64,000 nucleotides of DNA. Origin: Haliotis rubra (taxonomy: Eukaryota). Location of the stretch: positions 1,054,001 through 1,118,000 of the forward strand of contig NW_025766092.1 of the NCBI RefSeq assembly GCF_003918875.1, written 5' to 3'. The notes under the pieces were generated by a model. The model saw only the letters and a program-made list of their open reading frames with translations. It had not been told where the DNA came from and ran no database searches. Below are positions 15,401 to 30,400 of this stretch, in pieces. The stretch's first letter is position 1. Every line of letters starts with the position of its first letter. Position numbers and translations under genes: made by a program.

Positions 15401-18400
15401 GTCGTAAAAGGTTCCCGAGTCCCCTTTCAAAAGCAAAATACAACAAAGACACGTCTATAATATTCAACTGTATATTAAATAAGCCATGACCAAGGTTACA
15501 ATGAATGACAGTACAGATATCTAGTACAATGCAATTGAGTCACAAATCTAAAATATTGGGTCACAATCTAACCAGAGTCTTGACGTTCACAGTGAGAACA
15601 GATGTACTGATTGAAGGTTGTTGACAGTGACTGCAGTTGAATAGACAAGCACGGGTCGGTCTTGTAACGTTGATAAACTTGATGATGGCAGACAGATTGT
15701 ATAAGTCCGAAGTCCCCGAAACAACTCAACAATCATCCTTTACATAGCTTTTACACTGTTCTCGAACATTCAAGCAAAGCAAGGCTACATCAATATCCTC
15801 TCAGAACGTTATAAAATGCCATCGAAAACACAAGACACCTTGACAACTATTACCAGAAGTCAAAACAAACAAACAAGCCAGCCAATGGCAGATAACTCCA
15901 AAGCGCTATCTCAAAAGGCGTACCGCAAAATCCACACTCAAAACTTTATAACCCATAAGAACTGTCAGTTAATCAATGTGATATTACAATTAAAAAAAAC
16001 ATACTCTCATAACACCACTCTGAAACATTTCATCTTATATTGACAAGAATGTCAATATTTTGTTTTAAGAATTTTCACATCCTCAAAGAGTGCAAAAGTT
16101 TGTGTTGCTGTATTCAAACATGCTCCTCTTTATAGAACCCCAACCGACTTTCGAGTTCATCGTCTCCTTGCGGTTCCCAAGTCTCCAATACTCACCCGAA
16201 TACGCTAATAAGATGTCAAATGTTTACTTGCTTCTGAAGGACTCAATTGAGAAAGAGGTAAGACGACTTTAGAGATTTTTTGGAATTTGATTTCGGTCAA
16301 GTGTATTGTGATGTAGGTGAAACATCTTTGAAACTGGAGGCATTTACATCACCTAACATGGTGCACAATATTGAGTCGATGATAACATAGACATTCAGGG
16401 GGAAATGTATTTTAATCGTGTATATATGGATGACATTGATGATAGTGATCTTAAACCTAAGTTTGTTATTTAAATGCCCTATGATTTAGTTTTATGTAAT
16501 TTGTCCATTCTTTCATAAACATATTAGTTCCATTAGCATACAGGGTTCTAATACCCCGGGCTCTGGAACCGCCTTCCTCGACACATTTAGGACATTGTCA
16601 ATCTCGACCAGTTTCAAACGACAACTGAAAACCCACTTGTTCAACATAGCCTTCGCCTAAACGCCCTTGAGCAATACGTTGGAACAGGCACTATACAAAT
16701 ATTAACTTTATTTATTCATAATTTATTTATTTAATACATGACTCATAACCGAGTAAATGTCATAAGACATTCGTGACTCTTCAGCCTCTGTTCTTACAGG
16801 TCCCGTGTGTTCTAATCATTTTGAGATATTTGTTCACACAAGCTGTTAAATCTGTTAAGTTACTTCTGAATCATAGCATATTTCATCAATTGAAAATGTG
16901 TTCCTTTCAGATGAAGGACTTACTGACACCAAAAAGTATCAAAAGTATTGAAGTAATCAACTTAAGGCAAGGGCATTCTGTACATAGTGTAAATTAGTTC
17001 ATATTCTCTATCATATTCCACTCCTTCTAAACAGCACAAAAATAGAAATGCAATAATGCACCTAAACAGACACTTTACAGTGTATATGTTGCACCTATTA
17101 CTTTCTGAACTATTCCACGTAATGCAATAACACAATAATTGATTTTTTCTCGAGACATACTATAACTGACCTTTTATGATAAAAGGATAGATGGAATATT
17201 ATAGCATTTAAAGACACGTTATGTTTATTGTTTCGAACATAACTAGATATACAACGTGCCCTTTTGACAATTTAAGATAAGTGTCACTCTTTTGTAAAAT
17301 CTGTAATTTCTCTTCCAGGAATGGAAGCATTATTGCTGACTTTGTGGTAAAATCGTCCCAAAATGCAACGAACAATGAAACCTTTCAAGGCGATGTAAGG
17401 ACATTCTTCAAGTCTGTTAAGGTTCTTGGTAATGTTGGCGCTTATCGTGTGGATCCTTCCTATCCCTTAGGTCAAGTCGGATGTCCAGCCAGGTTTGTCA
17501 TTTTTGTGTGATATAATAAAGTGATATGTTTAAATGATTGTTCATGACTTTATTAAGACCTATATCCTAGTACCATCATTAGATAAAAGATTTTTCACTA
17601 ATATGAAGGAATTCTATGTTATGTAATAACAAAATTGCAATGGAAATAAATCCATGAATTCAGTTCGATGGGTCCCTAATCTATCCAGCAGTAACAATTG
17701 AACCATTTAATTGTATATTTGTTTATGTTCACGATTCCAAAGAGGTTATTGCAATCTTTTAAATGTATAGATCCAGGCAAGCACAAATAAAGATATCTCA
17801 AGTTAAACATGCTTCTATATTGTCTTTTTCAGGAGAACCAACAGAGATGCCAGAAGGCTGTATGGGTCAGTGGCCAGCCGTCTGTGACGGTTGCAGGTAT
17901 CAAGTGAAATGGGTCGTTGATGTTGCAATGACGTAGTTAACTTCACCATTACCGCCAGATTAGAGGGTCAGAAGAAATGGATTGGACTTGCATTCTCACC
18001 AACACGGAGAATGGTGAGCCTAAAATATTGATATCCATTTCTTGCAATATAACCTTTGATGGTATATATATTGATTACCTGCATTTACTGATGTTATATT
18101 CTATGGGATGAGATATTTAATATCATTGCTACTATTCAGGGATAATTTTGCTACAAACGATGGATATCCTAAACCTTAATTCCAATTCTTGTAGCAAAGA
18201 CCATGTGACACTTGTAATGCTGATTCTTTGCAGAGTAACTCGGATGCAGTTATCGGCTGGGTGGATGGTTCCAACGTTTACATCTCAGACAGGTAGGAAC
18301 AGCTGACATGTAAACTTGCCCGACTGTAACAATGTAAGGTTTTGTGTTTTGATCAGAGAAATGTGGTATTCAAGTACTAGACAAACAAGGAATGGCACCG

Positions 18401-21400
18401 TATACAATAATTTCCGTTCAAATGAGAAGAGACTATGGTAATTATATAATTCACGAGAGGAAATATTCTACATTGATACATAAGATTTGATGATACTATT
18501 TCAGCCCAATCGGCACAACATTGTCATGGTCATGTTCATATAAATCAATACAATCATGCTCCAACCATTTCAGGTAACTTAGTTTTCCTAGTGGATTGTA
18601 AAGACTAATATGATGTATGTTTTATCCTAGATATATAGTTGGCTACAGCCCACCTGCATTAGATACCGAGGACGACCTGTTTGGTAAACGAGGGACAATT
18701 GAAAATGGTGTGACTGAGATAAAGTTCTCACGTCCAAGAAATACCAGCCAGACTCAAGATTTCACCTTCACCGACACTGACTGTCCGTACTTGCTGTTCC
18801 CTGTGGGTGGTGGCAACTATAACGCAGCAGACAAGAGTGTATCCAAACATGACATTACACCATCCGTGTCGGCTCAAAAAATCTGCTTCAGCAGTGCATG
18901 CGCTAGCAAAGGTACTCAAAGATGTTATTCTACAGACTTCGTATATGTTACCACTGTTACGGTTAGAGAATTTCTGTCGTAAAAGGTTCCCGAGTCCCCT
19001 TTCAAAAAGCAAAATACAACAAAGACACGTCTATAATATTCAACTGTATATTGAATAAGCCATGACCAAGGTTACAATGGATGACAGTACAGATATCTAG
19101 TACAATGCAATTGAGTCACAAATCTAAAATATTGGGTCACAATCTAACCAGAGTCTTGACGTTCACAGTGAGAACAGATGTACTGATTGAAGGTTGTTGA
19201 CAATGACTGCAGTTGAATAGACAAGCACGGTCGGTCTTGTAACGTTGATAAACTTGATGATGGCAGACAGATTGTATAAGTCCGAAGTACCCGAAACAAC
19301 TCAACAATCATCCTTTACATAGCTTTTACACTGTTCTCGAGCATTCAAGCAAAGCAAGGCTACATCAATATCCTCTCAGAACGTTATAAAATGCCATCGA
19401 AAACACAAGACACCTTGACAACTATTACCAGAAGTCAAAACAAACAAACAAGCCAGCCAATGGCAGATAACTCCAAAGCGCTATCTCAAAAGGCGTACCG
19501 CAAAATCCACACTCAAAACTTTATAACCCATAAGAACTGTCAGTTAATCAATGTGATATTACAATTAAAAAAAACATACTCTCATAACACCACTCTGAAA
19601 CATTTCATCTTATATTGACAAGAATGTCAATATTTTGTTTTAAGAATTTTCACATCCTCAAATAGTGCAAAAGTTTGTGTTGCTGTATTCAAACATGCTC
19701 CTCTTTATAGAACCCAAACCGACTTTCGAGTTCATCGTCTCCTTGCGGTTCCCAAGTCTCCAATACTCACCCGAATACGCTAATAAGATGTCAAATGTTT
19801 ACTTGCTTCTGAAGGACTCAATTGAGAAAGAGGTAAGACGACTTTAGAGATTTTTTGGAATTTGATTTCGGTCAAGTGTATTGTGATGTAGGTGAAACAT
19901 CTTTGAAAGTGGAGGCATTTACATCACCTAACATGGTGCACAATATTGAGTCGATGATAACATAGACATTCAGGGGGAAATGTATTTTAATCGTGTATAT
20001 ATGGATGACATTGATGATAGTGATCTTAAACCTAAGTTTGTTATTTAAATGCCCTATGATTTAGTTTTATGTAATTTGTCCATTCTTTCATAAACATATT
20101 AGTTCCATTAGCATGCAGGGTTCTAATACCCCGGGCTCTGGAACCGCCTTCCTCGACACATTTAGGACATTGTCAATCTCGACCAGTTTCAAACGACAAC
20201 TGAAAACCCACTTGTTCAACATAGCCTTCGCCTAAACGCCCTTTGAGCAATACGTTGGAACAGGCACTATACAAATATTAACTTTATTTATTCATAATTT
20301 ATTTATTTAATACATGACTCATAACCGAGTAAATGTCATAAGACATTCGTGACTCTTCAGCCTCTGTTCTTACAGGTCCCGTGTGTTCTAATCATTTTGA
20401 GATATTTGTTCACACAAGCTGTTAAATCTGTTAAGTTACTTCTGAATCATAGCATATTTCATCAATTGAAAATGTGTTCCTTTCAGATGAAGGACTTACT
20501 GACACCAAAAAGTATCAAAAGTATTGAAGTAATCAACTTAAGGCAAGGGCAATCTGTACATTGTGTAAATTAGTTCATATTCTCTATCATATTCCACTTC
20601 TTCTAAACAGCACAAAAATGGAAATGCAATAATGCACCTAAACAGACACTTTACAGTGTATATGTTGCACCTATTACTTTCTGAACTATTCCACGTAATA
20701 CAATAACACAATAATTGATTGTTTTCTCGAGACATATAACTGACCTTTTTATGATAAAAGGATAGATGGAATATTAGCATTTAAAGACACGTTATGTTTA
20801 TTGTTTCGAACATAACTAGATATACAACGTGCCCTTTTGACAATTTAAGATAAGTGTCACTCTTTTGTAAAATCTGTAATTTCTCTTCCAGGAATGGAAG
20901 TATTATTGCTGACTTTGTGGTAAAATCGTCCCAAAATGCAACGAACAATGAAACCTTTCAAGGCGATGTAAGGACATTCTTCAAGTCTGTTAAGGCTCTT
21001 GGTAATGTTGGCGCTTATCGTGTGGATCCTTCCTATCCCTTAGTCAAGTCGGATGTCCAGCCAGGTTTGTCATTTTCTCAGATATATAAGAAAACACAAA
21101 ATGTTTAAATGATTGTTCATGACTTTATTAAGACCTATATCCTACTACCATCAGTGATTTGCAATGAAATGAAGGATTCTGTGTCATTAATAACAAAAAT
21201 TGCAATGGAAATAAATCCATGAATTTAGTTCGAGGTGTCCCAATCTGTCCAGTAGTAACAATTGAACCATTCAACTGTACATTTGTTTATGTTCACGATT
21301 CCACGAAGAGGTTATTGCAGTCTTTGAAATGTATAGGTCTAGGCAAGCACAAAGAAACATATGTCATTAAACATGCTTCTATATTGTCTTTTCAGAAGAA

Positions 21401-24400
21401 CCTACAGAGATGCCAGAAGGCTGTATGGGTCAGTGGCCAGCCGTCTGTGACGATTGCAGGTACCAAGTGAAATGGGTCGTTGATGTTGTCAATGACGTAG
21501 TAAACTTCACCATTACCGCCAGGTTGGAGGGTCAGAAGAAATGGATTGGACTTGCATTCTCACCAACAGGGAGAATGGTAGGCCTAAACTATTGATGTCC
21601 ATGTGTTCAATATAACCTTTGATGGTATAGATATTGATTACCTGCATTTACTGATGTTATATTCTATGGGATGAGATATTTAATATCATTGCTACTATTC
21701 AGGGATAATTTTGCTACAAACGATGAATATCCTAAACCTAAATTCCAATTCTTGTAGCAAAGACCATGTTACACTTGTAATGCTGATTCTTTGCAGAGTA
21801 ACTCGGATGCAGTTATCGGCTGGGTGGATGGTTCCAACGTTTACATCTCAGACAGGTAGGAATAGCTGACATGTAAACTTGCCCGACTGTAACAATGTAA
21901 GGTTTTGTGTTTTGATCAGGAGAAATGTGGTATTCAAGTACTAGACAAACAAGGAATGGCACCGTATACAATATTTTTCGTTCAAATGAGAAGAGACTAT
22001 GGTAATTATATCATTCACGAGAGGAAATATTCTACATTGATACATAAGATTTGATGATACTATTTCAGCCCAATCGGTACAACATTGTCATGGTCATGTT
22101 CATATAAATCAATACGATCATGCTCCAACCATTTCAGGTAACTTAGTTTTCCTAGTAGATTGTAAAGACTAATATGATGTATGTTTTTACCTAGATATAT
22201 AGTTGGCTACAGCCCACCTGCAATAGATACCGAGGACGACCTGTTTGGTAAACGAGGGACAACAGAAAATGGTGTCACTGAGATAAAGTTCTCACGTCCA
22301 AGAAATACCAGCCAGACTCAAGATTTCACCTTCACCGATACTGACTGTCCGTACTTGCTGTTCCCTGTGGGTGGTGGCAACTATAACGCAGCAGACAAGA
22401 GTGTATCCAAACATGACATTACACCATCCGTGTCGGCTCAAAAAATCTGCTTCAGCAGTGCATGCGCTAGCAAAGGTACTCAAAGATGTTATTCTACAGA
22501 CTTCCTATATGTTACCACTGTTACGGTTAGAGAATTTCTGTCGTAAAAGGTTCCCGAGTCCCCTTTCAAAAAGCAAAATACAACAAAGACACGTCTATAA
22601 TATTCAACTGTATATTGAATAAGCCATGACCAAGGTTACAATGAATGACAGTACAGATATCTAGTACAATGCAATTGAGTCACAAATCTAAAATATTGGG
22701 TCACAATCTAACCAGAGTCTTGACGTTCACAGTGAGAACAGATGTACTGATTGAAGGTTGTTGACAGTGACTGCAGTTGAATAGACAAGCACGGTCGGTC
22801 TTGTAACGTTGATAAACTTGATGATGGCAGACAGATTGTATAAGTCCGAAGTCCCCGAAACAACTCAACAATCATCCTTTACATAGCTTTTACACTGTTC
22901 TCGAGCATTCAAGCAAAGCAAGGCTACATCAATATCCTCTCAGAACGTTATAAAATGCCATCGAAAACACAAGACACCTTGACAACTATTACCAGAAGTC
23001 AAAACAAACAAACAAGCCAGCCAATGGCAGATAACTCCAAAGCGCTATCTCAAAAGGCGTACCGCAAAATCCACACTCAAAACTTTATAACCCATAAGAA
23101 CTGTCAGTTAATCAATGTGATATTACAATTAAAAAAACATACTCTCATAACACCACTCTGAAACATTTCATCTTATATTGACAAGAATGTCAATATTTTG
23201 TTTTAAGAATTTTCACATCCTCAAATAGTGCAAAAGTTTGTGTTGCTGTATTCAAACATGCTCCTCTTTATAGAACCCCAAACCGACTTTCGAGTTCATC
23301 GTCTCCTTGCGGTTCCCAAGTCTCCAATACTCACCCGAATACGCTAATAAGATGTCAAATGTTTACTTGCTTCTGAAGGACTCAATTGAAAAAGAGGTAA
23401 GACGACTTTAGAGATTTCTTGGGAATTTGATTTCGGTCAAGTGTATTGTGATGTAGGTGAAACATCTTTGAAACTGGAGGCATTTACATCACCTAACATG
23501 GTGCACAATATTGAGTCGATGATAACATAGACATTCAGGGGGAAATGTATTTTAATCGTGTATATATGGATGACATTGATGATAGTGATCTTAAACCTAA
23601 GTTTGTTATTTAAATGCCCTATGATTTAGTTTTATGTAATTTGTCCATTCTTTCATAAACATATTAGTTCCATTAGCATACAGGGTTCTAATACCCCGGG
23701 CTCTGGAACCGCCTTCCTCGACACATTTAGGACATTGTCAATCTCGACCAGTTTCAAACGACAACTGAAAACCCACTTGTTCAACATAGCCTTCGCCTAA
23801 ACGCCCTTGAGCAATACGTTGGAACAGGCACTATACAAATATTAACTTTATTTATTCATAATTTATTTATTTAATACATGACTCATAACCGAGTAAATGT
23901 CATAAGACATTCGTGACTCTTCAGCCTCTGTTCTTACAGGTCCCGTGTGTTCTAATCATTTTGAGATATTTGTTCACACAAGCTGTTAAATCTGTTAAGT
24001 TACTTCTGAATCATAGCATATTTCATCAATTGAAAATGTGTTCCTTTCAGATGAAGGACTTACTGACACCAAAAAGTATCAAAAGTATTGAAGTAATCAA
24101 CTTAAGGCAAGGGCAATCTGTACATTGTGTAAATTAGTTCATATTCTCTATCATATTCCACTTCTTCTAAACAGCACAAAAATGGAAATGCAATAATGCA
24201 CCTAAACAGACACTTTACAGTGTATATGTTGCACCTATTACTTTCTGAACTATTCCACGTAATACAATAACACAATAATTGATTGTTTTCTCGAGACATA
24301 CCATAACTGACCTTTTTATGATAAAAGGATAGATGAAATATTATAGCATTTAAAGACGCGTGATGTTTATTGTTTCGAACATAACTAGATATACAACGTG

Positions 24401-27400
24401 CACTTTTGACAATTTTAGATAAGTGTCACTCTTTTGTAAAATCTGTAAATTCTCTTCCAGGAATGGAAGCATTATTGCTGACTTTCAGGTAAAATCGTCC
24501 CAAAATGCAACGAACAATGAAACCTTTCAAGGCGATGTAAGGACATTCTTCAAGTCTGTTAAGGTTCTTGGTAATGTTGGCGCTTATCGTGTGGATCCTT
24601 CCTATCCCTTAGTCAAGTCGGATGTCCAGCCAGGTTTGTCATTTTTGTTCAGATATATGAAGAAAACACAATATGTTTAACATGATTGTTCATGACTTTG
24701 ATTTAAATGACCTATATCCTACTACCATCAGTGATGTGCAATGAAATGAAGGATTCTGTGTCATTAATAACAAAAATTGCAATGGAAATAAATCCATGAA
24801 TTTAGTTCGAGGTGTCCCAATCTGTCCAGTAGTAACAATTGAACCATTCAACTGTACATTTGTTTATGTTCAATAGATTCCACTAAAGAAGTTGTTGCAG
24901 TCTTTTTACAATTTATAGGTCTAGATGAGCACAAAAAACATATGTCATTAAACATGCTTCTATATTGTCTTTTCAGAAGAACCTACAGAGATGCCAGAAG
25001 GCTGTATGGGTCAGTGGCCAGCCGTCTGTGACGATTGCAGGTACCAAGTGAAATGGGTCGTTGATGTTGCCAATGACGTAGTAAACTTCACCATTACCGC
25101 CAGGTTGGAGGGTCAGAAGAAATGGATTGGACTTGCATTCTCACCAACAGGGAGAATGGTAGGCCTAAACTATTGATGTTCATGTGTTCAATATAACCTT
25201 TGATGGTATAGATATTGATTACCTGCATTTACTGATGTTATATTCTATGGGATGAGATATTTAATATCATTGCTACTATTCAGGGATAATTTTGCTACAA
25301 ACGATGAATATCCTAAACCTAAATTCCAATTCTTGTAGCAAAGACCATGTTACACTTGTAATGCTGATTCTTTGCAGAGTAACTCGGATGCAGTTATCGG
25401 CTGGGTGGATGGTTCCAACGTTTACATCTCAGACAGGTAGAAATAGCTGACATGTAAACTTGCCCGACTGTAACAATGTAAGGTTTTGTGTTTTGATCAG
25501 GAGAAATGTGGTATTCAAGTACTAGACAAAAAAAGGAATGGCACCGTATACAATATTTTTCGTTCAAATGAGAAGAGACTATGGTAATTATATCATTCAC
25601 GAAAGGAAATATTCTACATTGATACATAAGATTTGATGATACTATTTCAGCCCAATCGGTACAACATTGTCATGGTCATGTTCATATAAATCAATACGAT
25701 CATGCTCCAACCATTTCAGGTAACTTAGTTTTCCTAGTAGATTGTAAAGACTAATATGATGTATGTTTTTTACCTAGATACATAGTTGGCTACAGCCCAC
25801 CTGCAATAGATACCGAGGACGACCTGTTTGGTAAACGAGGGACAACAGAAAATGGTGTCACTGAGATAAAGTTCTCACGTCCAAGAAATACCAGCCAGAC
25901 TCAAGATTTCACCTTCACCGATACTGACTGTCCGTACTTGCTGTTCCCTGTGGGTGGTGGCAACTACAACGCAGCAGACAGGAGTGTATCCAGACATGAC
26001 ATTACACCATCCGTGTCGGCTCAAAGAATCTGCTTCAGCAGTGCATGCGCTAGCAAAGGTACTCAAAGATGCTATTATACAGACTTCCTTTACATTACCA
26101 CTGGGAACACGGTTTATCTTACATATTAAACGTGTCAATGCTTTGTTTCAAGAATGGCAAATCTACAAACAGCACAAAATGTGGTGAACCTGAATTCAAA
26201 CATGTTCCTCTTTATAGAACCCAAACCGACATATGAGTTCATCGTCGCCTTGAGGTTCCCAAGTCTTCAATACACGACCGAATACGCTAACAAGATGTCA
26301 AATGTTTACTTGCTACTGAAGGATACGTTAGACAAAGAGGTAAGAGGACTGTAGAGACTTCTTGGGAAGTTGGGAGGGAATCAAGTGTGTCATGGTGAAA
26401 CATATTGAATCCGGAGGCATTTACATGACCTTACATGGAGCACATTATTTACAAGTTAGACATTGTTGGAGAAATGTATTTTTAATCGTGTGTATATGGA
26501 TGACATTGATGACAGAGAGCCTAAATATGAATTTGTTAACTAAACTGCCTCATGATTGAGTATTATAATATATGTTCGGGTTTTTTTTATAACCACGTTA
26601 GGTCCATTAGCATATAAGTTTACTAATACGGGACTCATGACCGAGTGAACATCATAAGAGATTCGTAACTTCAGTCTCTGTTCGTAAAGGTCCTGTGGCT
26701 ACTAATCATTCTGAGATATTTGTTCACACAAACTGTTAAACCTGCTTTGAACGATGATCGGTACATATTCAGTCTCCTGTTCATTGAAGCGTTATCGCAT
26801 TCTTCGTGTTTATAAACGAAAGTTCGTAACATTAGCAATTGCCAAAAATACACCTAAAATGATTCTTTGAAATTTTGACTTCAGAAACATGGCATATTCA
26901 ATGAAATGACAACGTGTTTCCTTTCAGATGAAGGATTTACTGACACCAATAAGTATCAAAAGTATTGAAGTAATCAACTTAAGGTAAGGACATTGTACAT
27001 ATTGTCTAAAAGGGTTATTACTCAGGGGATAACTGTACTGTGTTTGACGAATTGGGGAGGTGTACCGGTGGCTATACCGCAAATTTAGTTATATCGGCGA
27101 CGCGACCAATCAGAACTCGTGTTACATACTCAGTTGAATTAGAATTTGTTATATATTCCACTACAAGTACAAAACACAAACGAGATTGCAATCATGTGCC
27201 TTAAGAGAAAGTTAACAACAAAACGGTTGTACGTATTATTTTTCCGATTATTCCACATAATCCCAAAGCATAATAATACCTCGATATTAACTTGATGTCT
27301 TATTTTTTTCATAATGAAAGGAAAGATGAATTTTTATAGCATTGCAGGCCATGTTATGTTTATTGTTTCGAACTTAACTAGAAGAAACCTGTCTGCTTTT

Positions 27401-30400
27401 GACAATTTTGAATAATGTCACTTCTTTGTAAAATCTTCCAGGAATGGAAGTATTATTGCTGACTTTCTGGTAAAATCGTCCCAAAACGCAACGAACAATG
27501 AAACCTTTCAAGGCGATGTAAGGACATTCTTCAAGTCTGTTAAGGCTCTTGGTAATGTTGGTGCTTATCGTGTGGATCCTTCCTATCCCTTAGTCAAGTC
27601 GGATGTCCAGCCAGGTTTGTCACTTTTATTATTTTCCCTCTGATAATCACCTGATTGATATACATAAATGATATGTGGAACGTTAAATAGTTTCAATGAC
27701 CGATGCTGACTATATAATGAGCCTTATCCAACTATTGTGAATATATTAGATATGTTCCTTTCTCCCACAACGTGCATTCGAATTATTAATTGTGCCTTAT
27801 TTGATTAAAGATATCGCAATGAGTGTGTTTCCATTAATTCATGGCGATGAACCCTAATTTGTCCAGTGGTAACATTAGAACCATTTAGCTGTATACGTCT
27901 TGTCTATGTTCAATAGAATCCCTAAAGAAGCTGTTGCAGGCTTTTGAAGCTATAGGACTAGATAAGCACAAAACATGTCATTAACACGCTCTTCAATTGC
28001 TTTTCAGAAGAACCTATAGATATGCCAGAAGGCTGTATGGGTCAGTGGCCAGCTGTGTGTGAGGGTTGCAAATATCAAGTGAAATGGGTCGTTGATGTTG
28101 CCAATGATGTAGTCAACTTCACCGTTACCGCCAGGTTGGAGGGTCAGAAGAAATGGATTGGACTTGCATTCTCACCAACAGGAAGAATGGTAGGTCTTAA
28201 ATAAAAATGTGCAGTTTTAACATTGTAACCATTATTTACTGTTCTTCGTTGGATCTGATTGATTTCCTCAACATAAAATCTTAATATTTAAGGTCACACT
28301 TTCATTGTTTTAATGATGAGGATATTTGTTTACAGTATGTTACTTAGGAGATAAACATCATGTGTTGGCCAATTTCCGGGTGTTATTGAGTATTTGAAGC
28401 ACGGGAATATTCCATTTGAAACCTCCGGCTGACGCCATCGGTTCCAAATGAATTCCCGTGCTTCAAATACTCAATAACACCCGGAAATTGGCCAACACAT
28501 AATGTTTATCGACATTGTAAACACAAAAGTAAACCAAAAGGTCCACACACGTTTTTGTGTCTGCACTCATTGACATCGAGTACGGGTACAGCAGTGCAAT
28601 ATCATCAGCCGGCCGCTTCGGCTGTCTCCCATGGTAGCATCTGGAACTGCTCATTTGTGACGTCATTCGGACTTTACGTCACAATATTATTTGAATGACG
28701 TCATCTCAGCTGACGACGTAACAATACAATGGTGTGAGCGATGTTTGAATGTATTAATACGCAGAGAATTTCCGGGAATCAAATACCATTTGATCACGTT
28801 TTTCAACCAATCAGATTAAAGAACACAATGACTTTTGGTTTACAATGTGTTATAAATACACTAATAGTAAGTTTGTCTGATATGTATTTATGTCTGATAA
28901 ATATGTCTCTTATTTTTGTGGTTTACGTGACTAAACATGCTTGTATGCATCATATTAACCTAGAAATATAAATTTTATTGACGACTATAAGATTCTAACG
29001 TTGCATTATGCCATACCGTTGACATTACCGGCGTTCTGACGACATCGCTCGCTGTCCGGTAATTCTGCGCAGCAACTGATGCGCATAACATCCAGCTGGA
29101 GATCCGAAGTATGGAAGCGTATTAGGGCCAGATTCTTTTCAAAAATCACTTCATCAATGTAAGGAAGAGTGTTTCATTAAGGAAAAGGTTTAAAAGTCTG
29201 AAGAAAACGAATTTTCATGAAACTGTCAATTTATCTGTCACTTACTTACTGTTATTTACTTACCTTTAGTGATTAAAAGCTAGAAATGTCTTGATTTCAA
29301 TCGTTAATGTGGTAGCAGACGATGTCAACCATCGATACGGAAGTACGCTATTGCAGCGCAGAATTACCGGACGCGTTGAATTACCGGACTGGATTGTGTA
29401 TGATGGTGAAGCGAAATCAGTTTGGCCGAATAATAATGAATATAACTTGCAGTCATTGTCATCAAAGCAGCTATGAATTTGATACTGAACTGCTGGTTCT
29501 GCGTTTCATGTCACAATATTCGATGTCAAGGCGTTCATTATATCGTAATATAACCGTTTACACCGATATTGACAGGTTTAATTGTGAATACACATACGTG
29601 TTTATTGATTTAGATTATGAAATGCCCAAGGAAGAAGGTGTGCAAAACTATTGTTAAAAAAGAAAACGTTAAATGTAACGCCTAAGTTCACTGCAATATA
29701 TTTCCCCTTTCAGAGTAACTCGGATGCTGTCATCGGTTGGGTTGATGGTTCCAACGTTTACGTGTCAGACAGGTATGGTTCACTCAGACAGGTATGGTTC
29801 ATTCAGATAGGTATCGTTCACTCAGATAGGTATGGTTCACTCAAACAGGTATGGTACACTCAGATAGGTATGGTTTACTCAGATAGGAATGGTTCACTCA
29901 AACAGGCATGGTTCACTCAGATAGGTATGGTTCACTCAGACAGGTATGGTTCACTCAGACAGGTATGGTTCACTGAGATAGGTATGGTTCACTCAGATAG
30001 GTATTGTTCACTCAGATAGATATGGCTCACTCAGACAGGTATGGCTCACTCAGATAGGTATGGTTTACTCAGACCGATATGGTTCACTCAAACAGGTATG
30101 GTTCACTCTGATAGGTATGGTTCACTCAGACATGTATGGTTCACTTAGACAGGTATGGTTCACTTAGACAGGTATGGTTCACTCAGACAGGTATGGTTAA
30201 CTCAGACAGGTATGGTTCACTCAGACATGTATGGTTCACTCAGATAGGAATGGTTCACTCAGACAGGTATGGTTCACTCAGATAGGTATGGTTCACTCAG
30301 ACAGGTATGCTTCGCTCAGACAGGTATGGTTCATTCAGATAGGTATGGTTCACTTAGATAGGTATGGTTCACTCAGACATGTATGGTTCACTCAGATAGG

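Larger units (their letters stand above)
14255..26058. repeat. Tandem segmental repeat, ~3.57-kb unit, just over 3 copies
   Basis: Equivalent exons at 14255, 17833, 21396 and 24977 (periods 3578, 3563, 3581). Introns nearly identical. Confidence 0.95.

Noticed and set aside
15816-16043. 75-aa ORF MPSKTQDT... repeated three times
   Set aside because: It lies inside the solo LTR; its recurrence reflects the segmental duplication and it has no protein features.
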